NCBI GenBank assembly: GCA_963706715.1
Contig: CAVPNI010000002.1
Span: 448,001-512,000 of the forward strand
From: an uncultured Verrucomicrobiae bacterium
Lineage (GTDB): Bacteria > Verrucomicrobiota > Verrucomicrobiia > Chthoniobacterales > Xiphinematobacteraceae
Direction: 5' to 3'
Length of the DNA: 64,000 nucleotides
Positions 39,630-50,221 of the stretch are shown here, one piece after another. The position numbers and the translations under genes are program-made. The notes under the pieces were generated by a model. The model made no database searches. It was not told where the DNA came from and worked only from the letters and a program-made list of their open reading frames with translations. How positions within the stretch are numbered: the stretch's first letter is position 1; every line of letters begins with the position of its first letter.

Positions 39630-40124
39630 CGGATCCTGATCATCCCGTGCCATTTTTAGCAAACGCTTCGCCGTACAATATGTAATAGATTGATAATGAA
39701 TATCTTTCCTTCCGGATATTCTCACGGCCACCTTAATTCCTCGTGCTGCAAAAAAAATCGGCCAGCCCTTAAGTGCAGACAGAAGGAATTGGTAAAGTGT
39801 TTTTAGCTCAGCTCCTTTTAGCACTAGTTGCAGAGTGCCATTGGGCACTATTTTAGTATTCCGGATCTGCTGACATGCGAGCTGATCCTTAAGTAAAATC
39901 CCGGCATCCCAAATTATGTTTGTGACACGGATTGTCTCGGGGCAGCTATTAGAAATTTTGAGGGTGATTTGATGAGCATCTTCCTCCGTTCGAAGTTCCG
40001 TAACGAAAATTTTCTTACTTTTATGAACCCAAGATCGAGCCAGAAAGAAAACTATTAAGGTACTCATTGCCAATCCGGCATTGATAAGAAGTCCAGAGAT
40101 CTGCTGAATTTCTTCGCTAGTCAC
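39597..40124 (-). CDS. Hypothetical membrane protein
   Basis: 175 aa ORF with an N-terminal TM; no family recognised. Confidence 0.55.
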   Translation of the reverse strand: MTSEEIQQISGLLINAGLAMSTLIVFFLARSWVHKSKKIFVTELRTEEDAHQITLKISNSCPETIRVTNIIWDAGILLKDQLACQQIRNTKIVPNGTLQLVLKGAELKTLYQFLLSALKGWPIFFAARGIKVAVRISGRKDIHYQSITYCTAKRLLKMARDDQDPPTSSVSFGSR

Positions 40125-40196
40125 AACGCGCTGATTACTTAAATAATACCCATACGTACGATCCTGTCACGTTTCATTTTTCAAGGAGGACAAATG

Positions 40197-42239
40197 CTAT
40201 GCATATTGATCCACACCTTTCTCTCGTCCCAGCCATCTCCGCAAACGGAATATGTGCGCGGGCTTCGTCGACGGATCTAAGATCACATAGTTCCGGGAAC
40301 CGCTCCAAAAAAATCGCTCTCCATTCAGGAGATCTTCGACTTCGTAAGAATCATTTTCCAACCACCCGAAATTATTTACAGGCACCTGTAGATAACCGGA
40401 TTGGGTCTGAAAGGGATCTAAGTTTACAACCATTAGGAGGATGTTTTCTTTGGAAGGAGTTGACTTGCTGTAAAAGAGAATCTGGTCGTTATCCACAGGG
40501 TGAAAGCGCAGAGTATCAAAAAATTGCAACGCTCGATTTTCACGGCGAATGCGATTGAGGGAGGTTAAATATTTCTTGATATTACCCGGAGCATTCCAAT
40601 CTCGCGCTTTAAATTGATATTTTTCAGAGTCAAGGTACTCTTCTTTTCCCGGGATAGCTGTATTCTCGCAGAGCTCAAAGCCACTGTATATACCATAAGT
40701 AGTCGAAAGCGTTGCAGCCAATGTGGCGCGAATTAAGAATGCGGGGCGTCCACCCTGTTGAAGGAAATAAGGCAGAATATCCGGCGTGTTAGTAAAGAGG
40801 TTTGGCCGGAGATAGTCTCTGACTTCGGTTTGAGTTAATTCCGTGAAATACTCAATGAGTTCCCGCTTTGTATTTCGCCAAGTAAAATAGGTATAACTCT
40901 GGGTAAATCCGATCTTGGCCAGTTCTTGCATCATCTTCGGCCGTGTAAATGCCTCGCTGAGAAAAATAGCCTCCGGATACGCCGTTTGGACTTTTGCTAT
41001 CACCCATTCCCAGAATGCGACTGGTTTGGTGTGGGGATTATCGACACGAAAGATGGTCACGCCACGAGCACACCAGAACAATAGGACATCGCAGAGCTCT
41101 TCCCAAAGTGCCTTCCAATTTTTGTTATAAAAGTTAAGTGGATAAACATCTTCGTATTTTTTTGGAGGATTTTCCGCGTATTTGATCGATCCGTCGGCGC
41201 GCTTAAAAAACCATTCCGAATGTTTGCGGACATACGGATGATCAGGGGAGCAGTTGATGGCAAAATCCAAGGCGATCTCCATACCACGTTGCCGCACTTC
41301 CGAAACCAGCCATTCGAAGTCCTCAAGCGTTCCCAATTCAGGGGCCACGTCCAAATGGCCGCCCCCATTTACTCCCTGGCTGGAATTTCCGATGGCATAA
41401 GGGACTCCTGGTTCACCGGGTTTGCATTTCAATGAATTGTTGCGTCCCTTTCGATTTGTTTCTCCGATAGGATGGATCGGAGGAAAATAAATCACGTCAA
41501 ATCCCATTTCCTTTGAATCATCGATCCGGCCCAGACAGTCTCGAAATTTTGATCCCCCATCGGCCTTGCCTTCCGCTGAACGAGGGAAGAATTCGTACCA
41601 CGCGCTAAAATACGCTCGTTGACGATCCACTCGGACTTTTCGAAAAGGATGGAGTATGGTCGAGAGTTCACGGCTAGCCCAATAGGACATTAAGGCAATC
41701 AATTCAGGCTCTTCGCAAAAAGAACGCAGTTCCTCAGCGGACGCGACTTTCACTCGGTGAGCTAACTTTTTCAGTATTTCAGCGTCAGGGGATCCGGCTG
41801 CGTGTTGGGCACCCGATTCAATAATTTGAGACCCTTCCAATGCCTCGTTAGTCAGTTCACGCAAGCCAGCATCGAATTTTTTTTGAACTTCTTCCTGCCA
41901 TGAAAGAAATTCATCTCCCCATGCTTCAATAGTATATTCACAGATCCCCATTTGAAGTAGAGGAAACGTTCCCCGCCATCGATCGTTTTCCAGAGGAATC
42001 ATTGCAGTTTCATGCCATACCCGCTCGTGGAGACGACGCCATTTTAAACAGGCGCGGATGACGCCGTGTCCTTCCTTAAAAATATCCGCTTCGACACTCA
42101 AATCCTGCCCAACCGCCCGTTTGACGACAGCTTGTCCGTCGTTCAGCGTTGGAGTGAGGTTGCTAATAACGACACTAACGGGATTGTTCACTATGCCTCC
42201 TGAGAAAATCGACCGGGCTGTAGTAGCGTTGGCGCGCAT
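40197..42239 (-). CDS. glgE: Alpha-1,4-glucan:maltose-1-phosphate maltosyltransferase
   Basis: WYEFFPRS, PPIHPIG, YAENPPKKYEDVYP, FRVDNPHTKP, LSEAFT, NTPDIL. Confidence 0.95.
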   Translation of the reverse strand: MRANATTARSIFSGGIVNNPVSVVISNLTPTLNDGQAVVKRAVGQDLSVEADIFKEGHGVIRACLKWRRLHERVWHETAMIPLENDRWRGTFPLLQMGICEYTIEAWGDEFLSWQEEVQKKFDAGLRELTNEALEGSQIIESGAQHAAGSPDAEILKKLAHRVKVASAEELRSFCEEPELIALMSYWASRELSTILHPFRKVRVDRQRAYFSAWYEFFPRSAEGKADGGSKFRDCLGRIDDSKEMGFDVIYFPPIHPIGETNRKGRNNSLKCKPGEPGVPYAIGNSSQGVNGGGHLDVAPELGTLEDFEWLVSEVRQRGMEIALDFAINCSPDHPYVRKHSEWFFKRADGSIKYAENPPKKYEDVYPLNFYNKNWKALWEELCDVLLFWCARGVTIFRVDNPHTKPVAFWEWVIAKVQTAYPEAIFLSEAFTRPKMMQELAKIGFTQSYTYFTWRNTKRELIEYFTELTQTEVRDYLRPNLFTNTPDILPYFLQQGGRPAFLIRATLAATLSTTYGIYSGFELCENTAIPGKEEYLDSEKYQFKARDWNAPGNIKKYLTSLNRIRRENRALQFFDTLRFHPVDNDQILFYSKSTPSKENILLMVVNLDPFQTQSGYLQVPVNNFGWLENDSYEVEDLLNGERFFWSGSRNYVILDPSTKPAHIFRLRRWLGREKGVDQYA

Positions 42240-42243
42240 ATTC

Positions 42244-43248
42244 TTAAGCAGTCTTATCAAGAGTTTCCACAAGAGGATCAAGACCACCAAGGTCCATAGC
42301 AACTTCATAAAGTAATCGACGTGCTACAGGGATGTATTGCAGAAAACTTTTACGCCTTTTTTTCTGCCCCAAAAATCCATAAGCTCCCAGAGCCTGCATT
42401 AAACGTTGTATTACACACATACGGAATGTCACTTCAAAGTTATCATCTTGCTGAAGGCCCGCATCCATCCACAGTTTTTTATAAAATGCCAATAATTCTT
42501 TACGTTCCTCAGCTACGAGATCCACGTAAGGATCATACAAAAGCGACGCCACATCATAAAGGCCTAATCCAGGACGCATACCTTGGAAATCAATTAAGCA
42601 AGCTTTTTCGGCCAAGATGATGATATTTTGAGATTGAAAGTCACGGTGCACCAATGTTCGAGGCAAGCTGGCAAGTTGAGTTGCAATTTTCCGCAATGCC
42701 GGAGATTCGTTGAGCACACCTGCCTCAAGCCCCCAAACACCCTTTACACAATTTTCAAAAAAGTATTGCTGTTCCCAAAGATAAAGTTTTTCGTCGAATT
42801 CCAGTTCTATTTTCAAGCTTCGAGCGGAAAGACTCGTTTCACGGTGGATCAAAAAAACCTGGGAAAGTGCCGACTGGTATAAAGGGCGTCTCACGGCCCA
42901 AGAGCTATACCGGTAGGACCACAGATCCTCTTCACCCAAGTCTTCCATCAGAATGAGCCCGGACTTCGGTTCATGAAAATGAACACGGGGCACCCGAACA
43001 CCGGTCTCATCAAGAAATTTCGCAACGTCCACATAATGTGCGTTTTCGGATCGCTCCTGGGTATATTGGACCAAAATGACCGAGAATCCGTCCCGAAATC
43101 GGATGCGATAATATTTACGCCCCGAACCGCCCTTTTTTAGGGCGGTCACAATAAATTCATTGTCCTGATCCCAGAGAAAGTTCCGCATGGTAGATTCAAC
43201 AAGTCGACGCACTTCGTTGGGACTTCGTCCCTTTCCTTTAGAAAGCAT
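42244..43248 (-). CDS. AmgK-like phosphotransferase (APH family)
   Basis: GGSGRKYYR, MEDLG, HRDFQSQN, IDFQG, YDVASLL, QRLMQALGAYG; next to a MurU-like gene. Confidence 0.85.
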   Translation of the reverse strand: MLSKGKGRSPNEVRRLVESTMRNFLWDQDNEFIVTALKKGGSGRKYYRIRFRDGFSVILVQYTQERSENAHYVDVAKFLDETGVRVPRVHFHEPKSGLILMEDLGEEDLWSYRYSSWAVRRPLYQSALSQVFLIHRETSLSARSLKIELEFDEKLYLWEQQYFFENCVKGVWGLEAGVLNESPALRKIATQLASLPRTLVHRDFQSQNIIILAEKACLIDFQGMRPGLGLYDVASLLYDPYVDLVAEERKELLAFYKKLWMDAGLQQDDNFEVTFRMCVIQRLMQALGAYGFLGQKKRRKSFLQYIPVARRLLYEVAMDLGGLDPLVETLDKTA

Positions 43249-43380
43249 TGAATAAAAATGGGGATTATTTGTGCTACAACTCTCATCCGGCGGTAGCCGG
43301 ACAAGAAAACTTGTAGATCAAAAAAGACATTATTCGCAACCACAGGCTCCTAAAGGAAACTGAGGCAGTCGGCGAAGTCA
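43211..43380 (-). repeat. Palindromic element, copy E (full length, with a central hairpin insert)
   Basis: Reverse complement of copies I and J plus an inserted tccggcggtagccgga. Confidence 0.85.
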
Positions 43381-44310
43381 GCAAAAATCATGGTCCGAAA
43401 AATCTCCGGCGGCTTCCGCCCGATCACAGACGATACAGCGACGGAGGTGACTGCCGGAAGCAATTTTTGCTTCCTCCCAAACAATTGTATCTTCCAAAAT
43501 AACGCCTGGTTCGATTTTACAATTTTCGCCGACCGTACAAACCCCGCGTAGTTCGACTCCCACGGGAATATGACTTTTAAGCAATTGGTTTCCAGGAAAT
43601 TGAGAGGTTAATTCCTGATGAACTTGGAGGTAGGAGGCTCGGTTTCCCACCTCGCTCCAGAAGCCTGAATCAAGAACCAAGGCACCAATTCGCTTTCCTT
43701 CGGCCAGAAGCCGCCAAAATACCGACATCATGGGAACCGGCCCAGTGGCTGGTATCCAATTGTAAATATCGGGTCGAAGAATATAGAGGCTCGCAAACAA
43801 GAAGTATGATAACCTTTTTTTGTTTAATTTATTATGAAAATCCAATACAGCATTGGTCCCGGTGTCCATTCCCACTTGTGGCGCGCCAGGACGGAGCCCT
43901 AAAATGACACAAGCATCATCTTTCTCTGGAGCCTCCAACAAGCTTGTAAGAGGACTATTTGTCACAACATCCCCGTTAACAACCAGAAAAGGATCTTCTC
44001 CAATCCACGGTCTTGCATTTCGGACTCCCCCGGCTGTTTCCAGTAGTACCGGCTCATGCACAAGGTACACTGGGGCACCACGATAAGAAAATTCGCCATG
44101 ATGTCCCCCAAAAAACCGGTCAAATACGTGAGCCAGATGATGCGTATTGATCACAAAACGGGCAATGCCTTGACTCAGCAGGTAATCGAGGGTCCGAAAA
44201 ATCAGCGGTTCCCCCAAGATCGGAACCAAGAGTTTCGGGCGTGAGTTTGTTATGGGGCGCAGTCGAGTCCCCAATCCCGCTCCTAAAATAAAGGCTGTTT
44301 GAATGTTCAT
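43378..44310 (-). CDS. MurU-like NDP-sugar nucleotidyltransferase
   Basis: AFILGAGLGTRLRPIT..RPK, INTHHL, LETAGG, NGD, C-terminal hexapeptide repeats. Confidence 0.85.
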   Translation of the reverse strand: MNIQTAFILGAGLGTRLRPITNSRPKLLVPILGEPLIFRTLDYLLSQGIARFVINTHHLAHVFDRFFGGHHGEFSYRGAPVYLVHEPVLLETAGGVRNARPWIGEDPFLVVNGDVVTNSPLTSLLEAPEKDDACVILGLRPGAPQVGMDTGTNAVLDFHNKLNKKRLSYFLFASLYILRPDIYNWIPATGPVPMMSVFWRLLAEGKRIGALVLDSGFWSEVGNRASYLQVHQELTSQFPGNQLLKSHIPVGVELRGVCTVGENCKIEPGVILEDTIVWEEAKIASGSHLRRCIVCDRAEAAGDFSDHDFC

Positions 44311-44371
44311 TTCTGAAGCTCACATAGCGAAATCCAGATAAAATAAATAAGGGATTTACCATCACCATTCC

Positions 44372-44854
44372 TTAAGAGTGCTCGTTAGCTGAGAGTTTCA
44401 TCCGAAGCGGGAGCATTTCACTTTGGGTAAAGCCCGCTCTTAGAAAAAACTGTTTGGCAGCTACATCGGCTTTGTCTGTCAGCAAGGTGATCCTTAAAAA
44501 TTTCTTATCTTTCGCAAATTCAATGGCATGCCGAAGAAGGCGGCTTCCATATCCCTGGCGGCGATGCTGAGTGTGAATAACCAGATCTTCCAAAAGTAAC
44601 ACAAAGCCTCCTTCAGCGGTACTCAGAGTAATGAGCAGGTTTATCATACCGAAAATATAATTCTCGTTTCGCAAGACAAAAATCCGTCCTCGGCTTGGTT
44701 GTTCTAATATCAGTCGCAATCCTCTTAATTGCTTATCTCGGTTAGGCGTAAAATCCGCCTCTTGAGAAAAGAGATCGTAGAGTAAATCAGCAAGTTTTGG
44801 CAGATCATCCAAAACAGCCGGCTCAATACGCAAGGAATTAGACATACCTAGCAA
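44372..44854 (-). CDS. GNAT-family acetyltransferase
   Basis: LEDLVI...RRQGYGSRL acetyl-CoA binding motif. Confidence 0.9.
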   Translation of the reverse strand: MLGMSNSLRIEPAVLDDLPKLADLLYDLFSQEADFTPNRDKQLRGLRLILEQPSRGRIFVLRNENYIFGMINLLITLSTAEGGFVLLLEDLVIHTQHRRQGYGSRLLRHAIEFAKDKKFLRITLLTDKADVAAKQFFLRAGFTQSEMLPLRMKLSANEHS

Positions 44855-44970
44855 TCCGTGTTAAAATAAAATTTTTTTCTCTGCAATCTAATACTCTCAC
44901 GGTAAGCACTGTTTAATGGCAGGTTATGTTGAACTGCAAGGTAGATACAGTACATGTGCTGAGGTGATTC

Positions 44971-46821
44971 TCAGGTATCACATCCAAATCGTCTTTTTAG
45001 TTCGGAGAGCGGGATAGGAATCATAGTGGCTTTTCCTATTGGGCAGGAATACGGCAACTCACATCGAAGTAGCTCCAAGATGAGTGTTTCGATTCTTTCC
45101 CGTTCCGTGGGGAGGGTTTCTCCTCCCACAAGCCGAGCAACGGACCGAGCCAAGGCTTCCTCCGCCATCCGATTGCCACTTCGAATGCCGCCTCTCACTA
45201 AATCCTCGATTAATCTCACCAAGAGCTGCTCAATATCTGTCTTATTGACAGAGGCTGGAATTGCTTCCACTTTGACAGAGGCTCCCCCAAAACATTCGAC
45301 TGAAATACCCGCCCGTTGGAGCAACTCAGTGTTTTCTGCGATCCAGGCAATGTCACGTGGAGGTAAATTAAATATGACCGGAAGCAGCAGCGCCTGAGAA
45401 TTTGCTTGTCCTTGCTTCATTTCTTTGAGGAGTCGTTCGAAAAGAATTCTTTCACAAGCAGCGCGCAAATCGACCACCACCATACCAAAATTTCCCTCTA
45501 AAATAGCGAAGCGCCCCGCAATTTTTCCGACCACAATGATATCCTGCGATTCCAACAAATTTTTGATTTCCATTTGTTCAGCCGACAGGAAAATTTGTTT
45601 GGATTCCCTCCTTGTTTCAGAGGGAGCGACTGTAACTGGTGACGTCGTAGCCTGAGTCTGCAAAGCGTCCGCAGTTGACCGTGCTTCAGATCCCGGCTGG
45701 CCTACAGCCGCTAGTGAGTAACTCGGAACTCTCAGCACAGGTGTTTTTAGCTGTGTCACCAATTTTGGCGTCCCCTCAGACTTCAAAGAAGTCTCCTCCT
45801 GTGCCTCTGTCGTACTGAACATTGTCCTCCGGCTTCCTGCTAACACTTGCTGCGCAAAATCTCTGATTGCTTCAGCTACGACAGCGGATTCTCGAAAACG
45901 CACTTCTCGTTTTGCCGGATGCACATTGCAATCCACTAGTGCCGGGTCCATTTCGAGGAATAAAATGGCTCCCGGATGGTAGCCTTTTGGCAAGAGAGCG
46001 TGGTAAGCTTCACGTAGAGGCCCAGAAACGGCTGGCGCTACGACGGACCGGCCATTTACAAAAATAAATTGCTCAGAGCGATCTGTTCTTCCTCTTCCGG
46101 GTTGAGAAAGAAATCCCCGGATATGAAGCCCGCCCGTTTTAAGAGGTTCCCCCTGGATCAATCGACCTACCCAATCCGAGCCAAAAAGATCGTGCACCCG
46201 GACTGCGAGGGTTTCTGTCGGGGCAAGTTCCATGAACTTTCTGCCCTCCCGAACCGCCACGAAGGCAACGCCAGGGTTTGCCAGTGCCAAGCAATGTAAT
46301 TGATGAATAATATGGCCGGCTTCAGTTTGAAGTCCCCGAAGAAATTTTCTCCGTGCGGGCACATTAAAAAAAAGCGAACGCACCTCGATCCGAGTACCGT
46401 ATGCTTCGCCACTTTCGCGCACTGCCTCAATGCGGCCCCCATTGACCAGCACCTCGGTCCCAGTTGCTGCATCGCGACAGCGAGTGACGATGCGAAATTT
46501 TGAAACGCTCGCGATACTGGGGATCGCTTCGCCACGAAATCCAAAAGTCGAAATGGACTCCAAATCGCGGGCGGTACTCAGCTTACTTGTGGCATGTCTT
46601 TCCAAGGAAAGAAGCGCATCTTCTCGGTCCATTCCAATACCATCATCCGACACACGAATGAGGGCGGTCCCCGCTTGGAAAAACTCTACGTGGACCCTCT
46701 TTGCGTGCGCATCCAAGCTGTTTTCTATAAGCTCCTTAACTATTGAAGCAGGGCGTTCCACCACCTCCCCTGCGGCAACTTGGCTAGCGACTATATCTGT
46801 CAATATTCGGATATTACCCAT
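44971..46821 (-). CDS. mutL: DNA mismatch repair protein MutL
   Basis: AAGEVVERPASIVKELIENSLDA, HATSK, GFRGEA, NVHPAKREVRF. Confidence 0.96.
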   Translation of the reverse strand: MGNIRILTDIVASQVAAGEVVERPASIVKELIENSLDAHAKRVHVEFFQAGTALIRVSDDGIGMDREDALLSLERHATSKLSTARDLESISTFGFRGEAIPSIASVSKFRIVTRCRDAATGTEVLVNGGRIEAVRESGEAYGTRIEVRSLFFNVPARRKFLRGLQTEAGHIIHQLHCLALANPGVAFVAVREGRKFMELAPTETLAVRVHDLFGSDWVGRLIQGEPLKTGGLHIRGFLSQPGRGRTDRSEQFIFVNGRSVVAPAVSGPLREAYHALLPKGYHPGAILFLEMDPALVDCNVHPAKREVRFRESAVVAEAIRDFAQQVLAGSRRTMFSTTEAQEETSLKSEGTPKLVTQLKTPVLRVPSYSLAAVGQPGSEARSTADALQTQATTSPVTVAPSETRRESKQIFLSAEQMEIKNLLESQDIIVVGKIAGRFAILEGNFGMVVVDLRAACERILFERLLKEMKQGQANSQALLLPVIFNLPPRDIAWIAENTELLQRAGISVECFGGASVKVEAIPASVNKTDIEQLLVRLIEDLVRGGIRSGNRMAEEALARSVARLVGGETLPTERERIETLILELLRCELPYSCPIGKATMIPIPLSELKRRFGCDT

Positions 46822-46944
46822 GAGATATTTGACTTCTATCCGTAACACTTCTATTTATAATAGGAAATTGCTTCAATGAGCACGCTTTGGCATTCCCATT
46901 CCTCTTTTTTGTGCTCATTGCAGAAATAATTTGCGATAATCGCT

Positions 46945-47280
46945 ATGTTAGACATTAGCCAGAATGCATCCAAGCAGCTTGCCAACCTCCTTGCGGAGCG
47001 AGGAGGTGAAGGCCTTCGCTTGGCTGTTGAAAAAGGTGGATGCGCCGGGTTACAGTATGCCCTATCCGTTGATTCTCGACGCAGTGACGACCATATTTTT
47101 TCGTGCGAGGGAGGCGACATCTTTGTTGACCCGGAAAGTTTTATTTATTTGGACGGCAGTACGCTGGAACATGACGATGGCCTGAGCGGCGTGGGCTTTC
47201 GTATTGAAAATCCCCGAGCCAGTCGTAGCTGTGGATGCGGCACATCCTTTGAATACAACGCCCAAGCTTCCAAATCCTAA
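46945..47280 (+). CDS. A-type Fe-S cluster carrier (IscA/ErpA/HesB)
   Basis: GGCAGLQY and NPRASRSCGCGTSF. Confidence 0.93.
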   Translation: MLDISQNASKQLANLLAERGGEGLRLAVEKGGCAGLQYALSVDSRRSDDHIFSCEGGDIFVDPESFIYLDGSTLEHDDGLSGVGFRIENPRASRSCGCGTSFEYNAQASKS

Positions 47281-47338
47281 TCTTCTCAAAGCGCATGAGA
47301 TCTGATGTGTTTATAGCACTTGGTTTCCAAAAAAAAGT

Positions 47339-49030
47339 TTGTGCTTACTCCAAAAAATTTGGAGATCACTCTGGCCGCTGCTTGTGAGATTCGACACCGA
47401 CACTGAATGCGATGATCTGCCCGACGCGCGACGGTGGGAAAAGAAGGACACTCTGTTTTACTGGACCATTTTTATTCTGCTGCTGATTCTTTTCACGATA
47501 TTTTGTTGGGCAGGCAGCTATTTTATTTTTTGGCATCCCGAAAAGGCGCTGAGTTACAAGATCCTCAAAAAGCTAAAAAAGCTGGACGCTCCGCAAAAAT
47601 TTGAACTCACAGCAGCGCCCAAAGGGGAATTTTTAAACTCAAAAGTATTGCTCCAACGCTACGGGTCTCTGACACCAAGAGCTCTTGAAGAGGTGAACGC
47701 CGCCCTGTTGCGTAACTTTATCCGCAATTACAAAGAAACGCGTGACCTCGTCCCTTATATTATCGGCACCTATAATATTCTCGATTCATTTGAGCTTACT
47801 ATTAATGATTTCTTTCCGTCCGGAGTTGTTGCTCTCACACAGTCCACAGACTCCCCTATGGTACTTTTGGAAAACGTTTTTACCGCTGATCAACGAATTG
47901 TTCCCGTACTTCATCGGACGCTGCTTACCGGCCTAAATATCCGTTTGGAAAAACGATTTGATCTCTCGGCTCTGATCCATGTACGACGATTGGCTGACGG
48001 ACGAATGTTATTTACCACCCTGCCGATCCTTTATGGGAGCTATGCCTCTAACCATGGCCCTGGCAGTTTTTCTCTTCTGCCACCGGAAATCTTAAACATA
48101 AAGGTGGGTCTTCCTATCCTTTCTCAAGCCAGAATCAGTGCGGCGGAAAAAGCTTATGCCAAATATCGCCAACAAATGGCTTCGAAAACTTCGCCAGATG
48201 AGGCGAAGGCGGCAGCGGCGAGTAAAAGTCCGGCACCTGTGGCCAGTAGTGAACAAAGCCCAAATATCAAGGAACAATTAATTCGTATTGAAAAGCCGAC
48301 TGGGAGTACCCTGCCTGAAAATATTGCTGTGCACAATAATCCAGTCAAGAAGGGCAACGCAAAGCGCTTTCTGACTTCCGTTCCCAAAAAATCTTCAAAA
48401 GCACCAGTCCTTCTTCCTCCACCAGCTTCTCTGGAAGAAGTTCAGGTTGCTCGAGCACTTCCGGCACAAGCAGCCCTCACCGCTACGCCATTCCCATCTC
48501 AACCAAGGGAGACACAGGAAACAACGCAGGAGGGTGTGGCGACGCCTCCTCCAGTGCTTCCCAATGCTACCCCCGTCACTGAGCTTCCTCCCTCTTTGGC
48601 CGACGCATCTTCTTCAACTCCGGCCCCCTCGCCTTCTCCCAGCGTCCCTGCCGTAGCTTTCACCAACGTTGCTTCTGGAAATTGGCAAACGTATGACGCT
48701 GGCCAAATGCCATTGGGGCGCTTGATGGACTTGTCAGATGTCCCTCAATTTGCCGAAAAGGGCTTAACTGATGAGCGACTTTACCTGAAAGGAAATTTTT
48801 TGGTCACGGCTGCCCGTGCTAATCGAGCAGTTCTCCGTTCCCAAGGCTCCTTTCTTGGCAATTCTTCGTCAAAAGTACGGATCATTGTGGAATTCCCATT
48901 CAATTCCAAAACCCCTGAACTCGGCTCCACATTTAGCCGCAGCGCTCAACGCCCATTCCTCGTTACTGATGTCCAGAAAGCGCCAGGTGGTATGATCAAC
49001 ATATTTGTACGGGAAATTACACACGATTGA
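47339..49030 (+). CDS. Hypothetical membrane-anchored protein with a Pro/Ser-rich linker
   Basis: 563 aa ORF; one TM; two globular-looking domains separated by a PAST-rich region. Confidence 0.7.
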   Translation: MCLLQKIWRSLWPLLVRFDTDTECDDLPDARRWEKKDTLFYWTIFILLLILFTIFCWAGSYFIFWHPEKALSYKILKKLKKLDAPQKFELTAAPKGEFLNSKVLLQRYGSLTPRALEEVNAALLRNFIRNYKETRDLVPYIIGTYNILDSFELTINDFFPSGVVALTQSTDSPMVLLENVFTADQRIVPVLHRTLLTGLNIRLEKRFDLSALIHVRRLADGRMLFTTLPILYGSYASNHGPGSFSLLPPEILNIKVGLPILSQARISAAEKAYAKYRQQMASKTSPDEAKAAAASKSPAPVASSEQSPNIKEQLIRIEKPTGSTLPENIAVHNNPVKKGNAKRFLTSVPKKSSKAPVLLPPPASLEEVQVARALPAQAALTATPFPSQPRETQETTQEGVATPPPVLPNATPVTELPPSLADASSSTPAPSPSPSVPAVAFTNVASGNWQTYDAGQMPLGRLMDLSDVPQFAEKGLTDERLYLKGNFLVTAARANRAVLRSQGSFLGNSSSKVRIIVEFPFNSKTPELGSTFSRSAQRPFLVTDVQKAPGGMINIFVREITHD

Positions 49031-49070
49031 CCAGCTTCGCTGTTGACTTCGTCTGTTTCGACCTACAAGC
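49031..49070 (+). repeat. Palindromic element, copy F (deleted remnant at the methyltransferase 5' end)
   Basis: ccagcttcgctgttgacttcgtctgtttc followed by gacctacaag (terminus joined to the centre). Confidence 0.55.
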
Positions 49071-50221
49071 CTCCAGAGGAAATCAGCGTGCTCAGTGCTC
49101 GAGAAATCATTCTCTCTGAAATTTTCTCCTCCGGAGCGATCTCCTTCGCTCGTTTTATGGAGATTGCTCTTTATCATCCCATAGCCGGTTATTACTCGAC
49201 CGGAGGAGGCTCAAATATCGGAAAATCCGGAGATTTTTATACAAGCGTCACAGTAGGAAGCATTTTCGCACGAATCCTCTATACACAGTTCGAGGAGGTT
49301 TGGACCGCGTTTGGCCAACCTTGGCATTTCCCTCTTGTGGAATTTGGTGCTCATTCGGGGCTGTTTGCTTCGGACATCCTGAGGCATGCATCACAAACTG
49401 CCACGCCATTCAGCGAGTCCCTCGAGTATCACATCGTCGAAAATCAGCCGAAACTGCGAGAAATACAGGCTGAAGCCCTTCGCAATTGGCCCCATCAAAT
49501 TCATTCTCACTGGGAGGAACTCTCTGCATTCGAGGGCCTCGTTTTTGCAAACGAACTTCTGGATGCCTTTCCCTTTCACCTGATCGAGTGGACCGGCTCT
49601 CGTTGGCTGGAACGTCGCGTTCAGGAAAACCGCGGGAATCTTCAATTCGTTGTTGCTGAGATTGTTGATCCTATTTTGGAATCTGCGGCTCGCTCAATCC
49701 CTCTTCCCTTACCAAAGGGCTACGTCACAGAAGTCTGCCCTCTTCGTCAACTTTGGCTGAAACGAATCTGCCGACAAATCATCCGTGGTGTGATCCTTCT
49801 TATAGACTATGGATACCCTCGGGGCGAATTTTTTGCACCGCATCGCCGGTCAGGAACATTCGCCTGCTATCACCGGCACCACCGCACTGGAACCCCATTG
49901 GAACAAATTGGATATCAAGATATTACTTCGCATGTGGAATTCACCTCGCTTATTGAGGTTGCCGAGGAATGTGGTTTTTCCCTCTTGGGTTTTACTGATC
50001 AACACCATTTTCTTACTGCTGCTGCGGAGCCCTGGCTACGTTCGCTAACAAATAAAACCCTCAGCCATTCCCTACAATCCGATCTTCGCCGTCTTCAAAC
50101 ACTCCTTCATCCCGCTCTTATGGGATCACAATTTCGGGTTCTTGCATTAAGCCGGGGCCTCTCCTTTCCTGTTCTCAGTGGATTCCGTTATCAGCAACTC
50201 GTGCTGGGGCAGGATTTTTAG
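49043..50221 (+). CDS. SAM-dependent methyltransferase, MidA/NDUFAF7 family
   Basis: FARFMEIALY, GDFYTS, EFGAHSG, NELLDAFP, IDYG, QDITSHV. Confidence 0.92.
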   Translation: MTSSVSTYKPPEEISVLSAREIILSEIFSSGAISFARFMEIALYHPIAGYYSTGGGSNIGKSGDFYTSVTVGSIFARILYTQFEEVWTAFGQPWHFPLVEFGAHSGLFASDILRHASQTATPFSESLEYHIVENQPKLREIQAEALRNWPHQIHSHWEELSAFEGLVFANELLDAFPFHLIEWTGSRWLERRVQENRGNLQFVVAEIVDPILESAARSIPLPLPKGYVTEVCPLRQLWLKRICRQIIRGVILLIDYGYPRGEFFAPHRRSGTFACYHRHHRTGTPLEQIGYQDITSHVEFTSLIEVAEECGFSLLGFTDQHHFLTAAAEPWLRSLTNKTLSHSLQSDLRRLQTLLHPALMGSQFRVLALSRGLSFPVLSGFRYQQLVLGQDF

